Positions 9,801-17,829 of a stretch of 34,532 bases of DNA are shown here, in pieces. The notes below the pieces were generated by a model. That model did not search any database and was not told where the DNA came from. It saw only the letters and a list, made by a program, of their open reading frames with translations. The stretch is taken from the NCBI GenBank assembly GCA_001687465.1, contig LVLI01000422.1, positions 1-34,532 of the forward strand, given 5' to 3'. The translations under genes were made by a program, and so were the position numbers. How positions within the stretch are numbered: the first letter of the stretch is position 1; the number at the start of each line of letters is the position of its first letter. Source of the DNA: Halocafeteria seosinensis (lineage: Eukaryota).

Positions 9801-10994
9801 TTTGACGAAGAATTCTTTCGCCAACTTAACCCTGAAGCAGATGAAGAGGGTTATTTTGTGGAAGCCGACCTAGAATATCCGGAAGAACTTCACGATCTGC
9901 ATAATGACTATCCCCTTGCGGTCGAGAATACAACAGGGAAATATTCGCCTTATATGCAACAACAGGCTAGTAATATGGGATTGGAAACAAAACAGAACGA
10001 CATCAAGTTAGTTCCCACCTTGAATGACAAGGAAGGTTATGTCTGCCACAGTGCCAATTTAAAACTATACTTGGAACTGGGGTTGCGTTTAAAACGGGTT
10101 CGGCGAGTTCTAGCATTTCAACAAGCCCCTCTCATGCGAAGTTACATTGATAAGAATACCGAACTCAGGAAAAAAGCACGTGACGATTTTGAAAAAGACC
10201 TATTCAAACTGATGAACAACTCAGTCTTTGGAAAAACTATGGAGAATGTACGGGGCTATAGCAACGTAAGTTTTTGCAAGAACCGGAAAGAGTTTCTCAA
10301 GTGTACCTCTAAGCCGACGTTCCGTGGATTTACCATCATCAATCAAGATCTAGTGGCGGTGGATAACAATAAGGAATTTATCAAATTCAACAAACCCATA
10401 TTCTTGGGGGCATCCATCTTGGACATATCCAAGACCATTATGTACGAATATCACTATAACTATATCAAAACGAAGTACGGCAATGACGCTCAGTTGTTAT
10501 TCACCGACACCGACAGTTTGGCCTACCACATCAAAACAGACGATGTCTATCGTGACATGGCGGACGAAAAATGGCGATTTGATTTGTCTGACTATCCTTC
10601 CGATCACTTTCTGCATGACAAGACCAACAAGAAAGTCGTCGGGACATTCAAGGATGAGAGTGCCGGTGAGCCGATCTACCAATTTGCGGGATTACGTGCC
10701 AAAATGTATAGCATACTGATGAATAGCGATGTGGAAGAGTCCAAGGCAAAAGGTATCCCAAAAGCCGTCCTTAAGAAACAACTCCAACACACCGATTACC
10801 TTCGGGCTTTGGTCTTGCGAACCCAACCGGATCGTTTGGAATTCAATAGCATCAACAGTTTCCTGCATCGGGTGGTTAGTTGCCGTGAAAAGAAACAAGG
10901 CTTAAGCCCACTTGATGATAAGAAGTATGTTCTTGACAACGGCATTACCACGTTGGCACATGGGCATTGGCGGATCAAAAATCAAGAAGACTAA
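6864..10994 (+). CDS. polB: Protein-primed family B DNA polymerase, Polinton/Maverick type
   Basis: Exonuclease motifs YCDLES, FHNLKGYDSH, FIDS, KGVYPY, YLKGDVLLLADIFE. Polymerase motifs RGG, YYDCSNLYG, KLMNNSVFGKT, FTDTDS, FKDE, KMY. EndoVII-like insert CHAC..RDHDHFTG.FRGACHSNCNL. Confidence 0.97.
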   Translation: MSANKTNRQKLRELQQNAKPLRQMGLISRPLNKFTRQQLQQTIQSVEPTFKRLQFDERKFLKTATNNEIRQKHRQFLLHGLSSPKTRKIKDIKQSLIQNYPTFRQMNRNNINIENMNRQQLQNQLRELREQGFAVGKLNRSNFQLRQEIVQISLQNQGNRGQAPVATDEQHLQPQVVDVSQMSRFLFSYKITTEPQTADFILFSNAVWDTMRKTLEQHFQEMNLKVQMAVLASFYRASDPDVQMEGRFTSSENGQTAIAIIQGNQIENTIAELISRIENMLERHQNSASDWVIMSVNALFLNISEFEPLRGACAEHKLPRCFKNRGVLQLSGGTEGECGLWSILAGLHYHEITDRKNIGRVSKYKTYREELHLGHAKPRQIDQEVFGETVSTRKGRVVELPISVQDLETIEQLNPWLSLNAYTVELDCEQTRIKESRILRSVRPADHHVNLLLFHGHWYPIVDFNRFLGSNGYAKEFCFHCLQGFHTTWANQTTSRRPTKTAKEKLAEHHQMGCYDNEGAKPILPKKGEHYLKFTNFHCQLKLPVTVYCDLESSLVPIEENKGQSQLQYEHEPNSICARVVSDAFPELTQTKVFYDTKEMWCISSFMYWLIDLEEQVGHRIQSRYVALQMTDDDEITFRNAESCHACGGTLGNDRVRDHDHFTGTFRGACHSNCNLQKHFHRKWKMPVIFHNLKGYDSHFLIDEVARVGQIRRKKLNAIPQNAEKFISFSLDRICFIDSLSFMSSSLSALVENLKMKGVDQTVFQNLYAEFGDYPQESIDLVVQKGVYPYAYMDGDPERMDLAELPSREQFYDPLSESHIEEEDYQHAQRVWDQFDCQTFRDYHELYLKGDVLLLADIFENFRDLCLSNYHLDPCWFYGAPGLSWDAFLLNIQNQYSLELFHRDQYDMLLFAERCKRGGISMISHRFAKANNPYLSNDKYDANKETSYIVYYDCSNLYGWAMKQNLPVGGFYWRDDLDTFDEEFFRQLNPEADEEGYFVEADLEYPEELHDLHNDYPLAVENTTGKYSPYMQQQASNMGLETKQNDIKLVPTLNDKEGYVCHSANLKLYLELGLRLKRVRRVLAFQQAPLMRSYIDKNTELRKKARDDFEKDLFKLMNNSVFGKTMENVRGYSNVSFCKNRKEFLKCTSKPTFRGFTIINQDLVAVDNNKEFIKFNKPIFLGASILDISKTIMYEYHYNYIKTKYGNDAQLLFTDTDSLAYHIKTDDVYRDMADEKWRFDLSDYPSDHFLHDKTNKKVVGTFKDESAGEPIYQFAGLRAKMYSILMNSDVEESKAKGIPKAVLKKQLQHTDYLRALVLRTQPDRLEFNSINSFLHRVVSCREKKQGLSPLDDKKYVLDNGITTLAHGHWRIKNQED

Positions 10995-10997
10995 TAT

Positions 10998-11969
10998 ATG
11001 AGTGATTTAACACGGGCAAATCGTGAAGTTGGGCGTCAGAAACAACAGCCCCGCAAACGTCGGCGTGTCATTTCCGGTGGGGCGGATCACATTTTTACGG
11101 CCGACATTGTCGATATGTCTCAATTTGCTCGGTGGAACAAAAAGAATGGCAAACAGATGAAGTTTATCCTGTTCATCTTAGAACTTTATTCCCGTTTTGC
11201 ATGGGGCATTCCCATTCCCAATAAAAACGCCACCGTTATGAAACAGACTTTGGATGACTTCTTTAAAAAATTGCCGAAAAAGCGTGTTCCCGAATTGATG
11301 TGGACAGACCGTGGGGCTGAATTTACAGCACCAAGAGTCAAGCAAGTCTTTGACAAATGGGACATCAAACTCTATCATACCTTTGGGGAACATAAAGGGG
11401 TTGTCATTGAACGATTGAATCGCACCATTGGTAACCGGATTCGTCAGCAATTGGAAGGGAAACAGAACAAAAAATGGTTGGATTTATTGGATCAGGAAGT
11501 AAAAGAGTATAACAATAGCGAACATCGTACCATTCAGGCCAAACCGGTTGATGTCTATAAAGCTAATGCGACACCCGCTCCTCATCAGTTTGTTCATGGG
11601 AAGGACTATACGGCGACACGACCCAAACTGAAAGTTGGGGATCGGGTACGAATTGCTCGAACCAAGGGGACATTTGAACGTGGGTTTGATGCCAATTGGA
11701 CAAGGGAACTATTCACGGTTCAGAAAGTGTTGAAGACCAATCCAGTGACGTACAAACTGAAGGATGAAAGTGGTGATATTTTAGAGGGTTTATTCTATCA
11801 AAGTGAGCTGCAAAAGACTGAGTTGACTGATGAGGGTGAATTTGCCATTGAGAAAGTGGTACGACGATTTAAGCGGAATGGCAAAAACATGGCTGAAGTA
11901 AAATGGCTTGGAATGCCCAACAGCCAAAATAGTATCATACCAGCAAGTCGGGTACGTAATCTGAAATAA
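10998..11969 (+). CDS. Retroviral-like (rve) DDE integrase with C-terminal chromodomain, Polinton c-integrase type
   Basis: ADIVDM / WTDRGAEF / IERLNRT triad; YNNSEHRTI, KVGDRVRI, NWTRELF, G.FYQSEL; chromo-like FAIEKVV...VKWLG. Confidence 0.96.
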   Translation: MSDLTRANREVGRQKQQPRKRRRVISGGADHIFTADIVDMSQFARWNKKNGKQMKFILFILELYSRFAWGIPIPNKNATVMKQTLDDFFKKLPKKRVPELMWTDRGAEFTAPRVKQVFDKWDIKLYHTFGEHKGVVIERLNRTIGNRIRQQLEGKQNKKWLDLLDQEVKEYNNSEHRTIQAKPVDVYKANATPAPHQFVHGKDYTATRPKLKVGDRVRIARTKGTFERGFDANWTRELFTVQKVLKTNPVTYKLKDESGDILEGLFYQSELQKTELTDEGEFAIEKVVRRFKRNGKNMAEVKWLGMPNSQNSIIPASRVRNLK

Positions 11970-11997
11970 ACGCTAATTTGTTTCATTGTTGGTGTGG

Positions 11998-12300
11998 CTA
12001 CTTCGGTACTTCAGGGGTGAAGTAGTAAAGTAGTAAAGTACTCAAACAATCTTTTCACAAACTACTTCGGTACTTCAGGGGTGAAGTAGTAAAGTAGTAA
12101 AGTACTCCAACAATCTTTTCACAAACTACTTCGGTACTTCAGGGGTGAAGTAGTAAAGTAGTAAAGTAGTTAGTCCAACAATCTTTTCGCAAACTACTTC
12201 GGTACTTCAGGGGTAAAGTAGTAAAGTAGTAAAGTACTCCAACAATCTTTTCGCAAACTACTTCGGTACTTCAGGGGTGAAGTAGTAAAGTAGTAAAGTA
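11998..12300. repeat. Tandem array of ~4.7 x 64-bp units
   Basis: Unit CTACTTCGGTACTTCAGGGGTGAAGTAGTAAAGTAGTAAAGTACTC(C/A)AACAATCTTTTC(A/G)CAAA starts at 11998, 12062, 12126, 12194, 12258. Degenerate AACAATCT echoes continue to ~12397. Confidence 0.97.
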
Positions 12301-12409
12301 ACTCACTACCGCAGTACCGCAGAGGTGCTGTAGTCCGGTAGTCCTGTAGAACCGAACAATCTCTTCTTCGACTCGGTTTGAACCGAACAATCTTTTCTTT
12401 GGCACTGCC

Positions 12410-12518
12410 AAAAAGCCCCACTGAGCCGGATTCGAACCCACGTCTTTCGAAGTACGAGGGTCTTTCAGTACTCACGCCGATGGTGTCGGCTTGAGTGACT
12501 CAACTATCAAGGGAGGGT
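12410..12518 (-). ncRNA. tRNA-like putative RNA polymerase III transcript (non-canonical)
   Basis: Perfect B box GGTTCGAATCC (12428-12438); acceptor-like stem CCCTTGA/TCAGTGG followed by TA; three internal hairpins; TTTTT terminator at 12410-12414. No canonical anticodon loop. Confidence 0.6.
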
Positions 12519-12606
12519 TAAAAGTAATATCTATAGTTGTGACGCTTATGTCGCAGACCAAAAGACCGAATCAATAAAAATGACTGGGAATTGATGTCCC
12601 AATCCA

Positions 12607-13104
12607 ATGCCCAAGAAAAAGAAGGAAGCCCCAAAAGAATGGAAGCCTATTGCCGGATATGAAGATTCCTACCAAATATCAAACCGTGGTGAAGTGTGGT
12701 CGGATCACGAAAACAGAACTCTAAATCCGTGGTCTCAATACGGCAAACGGCGAATGGTTTACTTGTACAAAAATGGAAACAGAAGAAGAATGACTATCGA
12801 TGATCTTGTCTTTTTTTCCTTCCATCCTCAGGCCTTTGACTACTATTATACTGGTCACCCAATACATAAAGATGGACGTTTTCAAAACGATCACATTGAT
12901 AATCTTGATCCACCTGAGTGGAAACAAACTCTGCCAACATCTGATAGATTCGGACGATTAATACAAGGAAAATGTAGCATGTGTAAAAAGGAAGTACCTG
13001 AAACGCATTTTGACCACCATTACCAAAACGATTCAAATTGTTTGATCTGGCAACAAAAACATGATTACGTATTAAAAAATAGACCGCCATGGACATATTC
13101 ATAA
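12607..13104 (+). CDS. NUMOD4/HNH homing-endonuclease-like protein with C-terminal Cys/His cluster
   Basis: EWKPIAGYEDSYQISNRGEVWS (NUMOD4); IHKDGRFQNDHIDNL (HNH-like, divergent); CSMC...HH...C. Confidence 0.85.
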   Translation: MPKKKKEAPKEWKPIAGYEDSYQISNRGEVWSDHENRTLNPWSQYGKRRMVYLYKNGNRRRMTIDDLVFFSFHPQAFDYYYTGHPIHKDGRFQNDHIDNLDPPEWKQTLPTSDRFGRLIQGKCSMCKKEVPETHFDHHYQNDSNCLIWQQKHDYVLKNRPPWTYS

Positions 13105-13456
13105 AACTACGATCCAATCTATCAAATTCACTTGACGTCGTTCGCCGGACGGCTGCAAACCGGCACATCCGTTTGTCGAACCCCCGTGAGACACGGTCGT
13201 GTAGGGGTCAATTTGTGGAATTCGGGTGAGGTTCTCTAGTGGGTATATCGTCGGGTTTGGCGGTCGGGTTCGGTTGAGTGAGGAATCCCTTTGCGTATTT
13301 CGTCTGAATATTTCGTTGGAATATGCGGTCGTATAGCGGTATTTTGGTGAAACAGATAGGTGACGTTGTAGGGGGTATATCGTCGGGTTTTGCGGTCGGG
13401 TGAGGCAGGGTGAGGTTTCACTCTGGTTTGACGCACGAACACTTACTATTGCTACT
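13105..13456. repeat. Probable right terminal inverted repeat region with an internal ~132-bp diverged duplication
   Basis: Non-coding and G/T-skewed. GGGTATATCGTCGGGTTT(G/T)GCGGTCGGGT at 13241-13269 and 13373-13401. Ends in GCTACT. The partner TIR is not in the window. Confidence 0.6.
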
Positions 13457-13900
13457 TTCAGTGACAGTAAGTTAGGCAAGTATTGAAACGCAATATCCGT
13501 TATGGTCGTTCAAAGTTTGCAACTTGGACAGGTGAAGAAATGCAGCATCCGTAATTCCTGAACAATCTGGTACACTTAGATATGTCAGATTCGATAAATG
13601 TCGGCAGGCCAGATCTGAAACAAACTCGTTTTTTATAATCTCCAATGATTCCAAACTAGAGAAGCGTTGAGACAAGCTCGCAGCAGGGCAAACAGCACAC
13701 TCTAATTGAAGCGATCTTACAGAGGGAAGGAATTCCCGAAGATTTCGGCAGCGCGAGTTGTACCCCCGTGCGTAGAGTAAATCTGATTTCCGTCATCGTA
13801 AGCTATTCCTCAGAAGTTAGGAAGATAGCCACAGCCACGCTTCTGACTTCTTTCGAAGTCTTGCGAAGTCCGAGATGCGCATGGAGCAAAAATCACCGGC
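13457..13900 (-). pseudogene. Host leucine-rich-repeat (possibly F-box/LRR) gene remnant interrupted by the element
   Basis: 22-aa LRRs SSLESLEIIKNEFVSDLACRHL / SNLTYLSVPDCSGITDAAFLHL / SKLQTL..(frameshift)..ITDIAFQYL / PNLLSL, which stop at 13457. Upstream boundary approximate. Confidence 0.7.
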
Positions 13901-14538
13901 TAAAGACGACAACCAGTGTGCTTGTGGGGCAACGGTATGCCAATATTCTTGCGTAGCAAACATGTCAAGAGTATTCGATATGCTTCTTTTCACTCGTTCC
14001 AGACAAACGTCTGGCGTTAACTCTACTGCGGGGTGGCAAGTCCAGCCTTAACCAGTCAACAAGGATCACCCGGACGATCAGGGCGACGCTGATTGCGCCG
14101 AAATTGAAGCCATTGCTCCACATAAATACGAAATAATAGGGAAGGATTGGCTTTCTGCCTGGGCATCTTGCAAGACAGGAAGCACCAACGTTACTTGTGT
14201 CTTCACTACTTCTAAGACTCTTTAGTACAACTCCCTTTTCCAGATTTTCGTATTTTTCCCCTAGCTTCGAGTTTCAGATACAATTAGTGGGCTAGTCGAC
14301 AGCAGACTCATTTTCGACCAACCTTGTTCAATCTACCTAAACTTCCGAAGTTTCCACACTAACTTCGTTGAAGGTGTCCCATTCAGGCCCTTTAGTTTCC
14401 GCGAATCATTTCAACGATAGCCATAGGGACAGACATATTTGTTCAAGTGCTACAAATTGTGGTATATTTTTGCATAGGAGACTACGGGCACCAGCATGAT
14501 GATCTATTTTAAAGGAAGTGTACTTGCGCAGAGCTGCT

Positions 14539-17296
14539 TCACTTCGACAGTATCTTCTGGACGTAATTGCGAACGTTTACATGCAATACTGCCGTTGTCT
14601 CCTCGAAAACTTGATGGGCAAGTTTTCTGCCATTCTCCGACTTCGCCAAAGCCCGATAAACAGGAAGCGTATACTTCTGTTTCCCTTGACTATGCAAGAA
14701 TTGCCGGATGCTTTCGAATGCATTCTCGTACCCTAGCATTCCGCAAATTGTGCTCCATCGCTGCCGAATCTCTGGGTTGGCACAACTACTAAGATCATAC
14801 GCGTTATCTAACAGGGACAACGTAGCAACTGCAGGTCGAAAAACCTTAGCCATAACTTATAGCCATTTCAAGCCAATCCAGCGTGGCAACCTACCATTTA
14901 TGTTTCCATCCTCAGCTTCGCTTTGAAGTCGATCAAGGAAGTGCATTTGCTGATACGTAGGCCACTTGCTTACTTCTACTTGCTGGCATTTTTCCAGAGA
15001 CTGCGATGTAGTCACATCTAAAGCACTCTTAGCCTGTTGGACGACAGAATTGGAGGAGCTTGAGACCAAGTTGGCGTTGAGCGTTGGAGAGGTGGAATTG
15101 GAGATAACATCACTGATGCGCATCCAATCTTGAAGGGCCTCATCAACAGGTTTCGTAAGTGATTCAGCATCTGACAGATCAGGTTCATAAGGAGGCCACC
15201 CTGGGAAGTGCAGCCAGCGACGGAACTCAAAGCCTTTCTTGTGCTCAATATCTGCGTCCGAGTTATGCGTCCGAGTTATGCACTTGTATAACAATCAGGT
15301 TCGTGGTGTATAAAGAAATGGCCTACCTTTCAAGTGAGGAAAAAATTCGAAATACAAGTCAAATAAATCTTGGGGGGTAACAGATTGGAATTCAAAGGTA
15401 TCGCAGTAGTACTGGAGGAACTCATCAAACTTCTCTTTCGATCCGGCACAATTTGCCAAATAGGAAACAAACATAAACCCTTTTTCATAGGGCGTTTCAT
15501 TGTACGTGTCTTCCGGATCCACACCTGCACAAACTCGAAAGCAAGTGTCCATGATCTTCGGAAAATATATGGCAACGAGTTTTCTCACCCTTATCTAGAG
15601 GCACATGAAGTCTTGTCAGCGGACTGTCATCTGGAAGATGCTTCATTTCTTCCCTGTGAAATCAGGTTAAGGGCAGCATGCCGTACACACTCAAGGCAAT
15701 TTGCAATTCTAGAATATTGGTCACGCTAACCTTAGTAACTGCAAGCCTGTAGTAGCTTCAAGCGCGGTGAACGCCTTCCCATGCACTTCCTCTGTGATGC
15801 GCCGCTGCCCGTACATCGTGAATCCCTCGTTTAGCCAAAAGTCTGCAGATATTGAAGCTAATAAAGCACCAGGACAACGCTTGTTGATACCAAAATATAC
15901 ATACCACTCCAGCTTGAATTCGTAACTAAGTTTCCGAACCAGGAATGCGTGATTTCGTGAGCAACTACGTCACACAACGACTGGTCTCCGCATATAAGGC
16001 AGGGAGTTACAAATGTCAGCATTGGCTGCAATTCAGTCATTGCACAAAGAAAAGGAAACGTACATCGCACAAGCTTAAAATCATCTAATCGCAGCATACA
16101 TTTTCCATTCCTCCGAAAGGAAAGCACGGAGGCATAACCAGCAGGTCATACTTGTTCCACCGATACCGACCCCACAGATTTTCGGCTACCCCGATATACT
16201 TTTCCGTGATCCCATTGAACTCTTTCTGAGCGCTGCAAGAAATACTAAAAAGAGTTCACCGTCTCTATAAAGTGATTTCCTTCATCAAGCTGTAATTACC
16301 TTTCGAGTACTGAAGGCTCAGTCCACACTTTGGATCGCGGTCCTATTTCAGCGCACGAAATATCACCTACCGCGAACGCAATGAGGTACGATGGAACTCT
16401 GATGTCTTCAGGAAGAGCGGCTCTAAAAAGGTGATACTCATCTTCAGAGCTTGCACTGGGAAGAAAAGCTCGCATAGCAACAGGGACAGGCTCTCCGATC
16501 AACCGATTGCCCTGAATAGGATTCTGCAACTCGACCCCGAAAAGCAAGTTCCATTTTCAGCAAATGCCAAAGAAACACGAATACCGCTGCACTTACATGC
16601 ATCTCCGCGCTGCACACGGCCACTAGTGGTTTCGGTACTACGAGTCGCGTCGAGAAGCACACCTTGATGGAAGGAGTATCCTGACAGGGAAACAAGGATC
16701 GATTCAAGCAAGCTTGGCCTTGCGTGAACAAGTAAGGATACTTCTTGCCCGACGTTTGTTCCGGGTTCAGCCAGCAGATGGCCGGTCCTTCATTCCCCGT
16801 GGAGTATTCGATGATAATCACGAAAAAATCCGAAAGTTCATGAACACCAGCGCTTGTATCAATATGCAAGGCTGAGCCGAATCCCGTGAAGGGCTCAATG
16901 TGGAAGTCCAATTCCTCCCCTCGTTTAAAGTCATCCTCCTCTTTCTGCACACGACCACAGCCGGCAGCAGCTTGTAATCAAACTAACATTCTCATCCACC
17001 AAGTGGGAACGTACTCGATCGAGCTCTCTACCCGTAACACGATGAATATCCAGGTGATGGGAGTCCAAAACCATGACTTTTTCGGAATCTGGATCCCCTT
17101 TGACGCGTCGCTCCATGATTATTTTGATGTACCCATTGGCACGCTGCTGCTCCAGATCCAACACCAGACTGATGTCGTACGAATGAGCCTGGAACTGGTC
17201 TAAATTGGAAGCGGAAGCCACATCGACTTCCTTGGGATGCGCCGCGGCTGGCGCGCGACCGGGGGGAGAAGCAGACAGATCTGTATTGTCGTCCAT
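14539..17296 (-). CDS. RNPEP: M1 zinc aminopeptidase, aminopeptidase B/LTA4H family, multi-exon
   Basis: Exons give [75 protein letters not shown] and KQKYTLPVY, separated by short GT-AG introns. Confidence 0.92.
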
Positions 17297-17829
17297 AGCT
17301 ACGACACACACACAAACACACACAATGAAGATGCAAAATTAAGAATTCTTTGAGGGAGTAAAACCGACAATGTCAATATGGTAATGTACAATGCGTAGTA
17401 CCGTCCGGAAAAGGCCTTCCCACACAGACAATTCAACGACTTCAGGAAACGAAACGTCTCTGTGGAAGACACAGAGCAACTAGAGCATGAAATGAATAAA
17501 TTGTTGCGAATTTTTTAACGAATTGTCTTTGAATCCTCTCATGGTGCATTGATTGAATGAGTTCACGCGTTATCGATTGTATTGGGTACCTCTCTTGGAA
17601 AGAAATGGAAATGATACATTAGCCAACTACAGAACTTCATGCAATGCCTTCGCTGTAAACAGTAGTGGCATCAAACAGTAGCGTGTCGAACCTATGAATA
17701 CAGTAGATGGTAAACCGAACTGAACTGCAAACGTAAACTTAAACTGAATCGGAAATCAACTTCCAGTGCGAATACACATGTACAAATCGCTCGCGGTTTA
17801 CTCATCATTTGTTGCAGCATTTTGAATAC

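Larger units (their letters stand above)
1..13456. mobile_element. Endogenous Polinton/virophage-like dsDNA virus, right arm (left end outside window)
   Basis: Intronless, tightly packed genes for pPolB, rve integrase, adenain-family protease, fibre and HNH. Terminus ...ACTATTGCTACT (reverse complement AGTAGC..., Polinton-like 5'-AGT) coincides with interruption of a host LRR frame at 13456/13457. Confidence 0.92.

Noticed and set aside
985..11986. Numerous short ORFs antisense to or nested in the large viral genes
   Set aside because: Shadow ORFs of long coding sequences.
11998..12300. CRISPR array
   Set aside because: Units are near identical along their full length, with no unique spacers and no cas genes.
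12436..12475. Hammerhead ribozyme (CTGAAAGA...CGAAA on minus strand)
   Set aside because: The core is not CUGANGA and no stem II forms between the two motifs.
12194..12475. 93-aa ORF over the array and ncRNA
   Set aside because: By-product of repeat sequence with no protein features.
12410..12518. Canonical tRNA or tRNA-Sec
   Set aside because: No 7-nt anticodon loop with U33, no D-loop GG, mismatched T stem. Kept only as tRNA-like.
13099..13479. 126-aa minus-strand ORF
   Set aside because: Chimeric read-through from the host LRR frame into the non-coding terminal region.
15253..15280. 13-bp tandem duplication in the aminopeptidase gene
   Set aside because: Falls at the 3' end of an intron with no coding effect.
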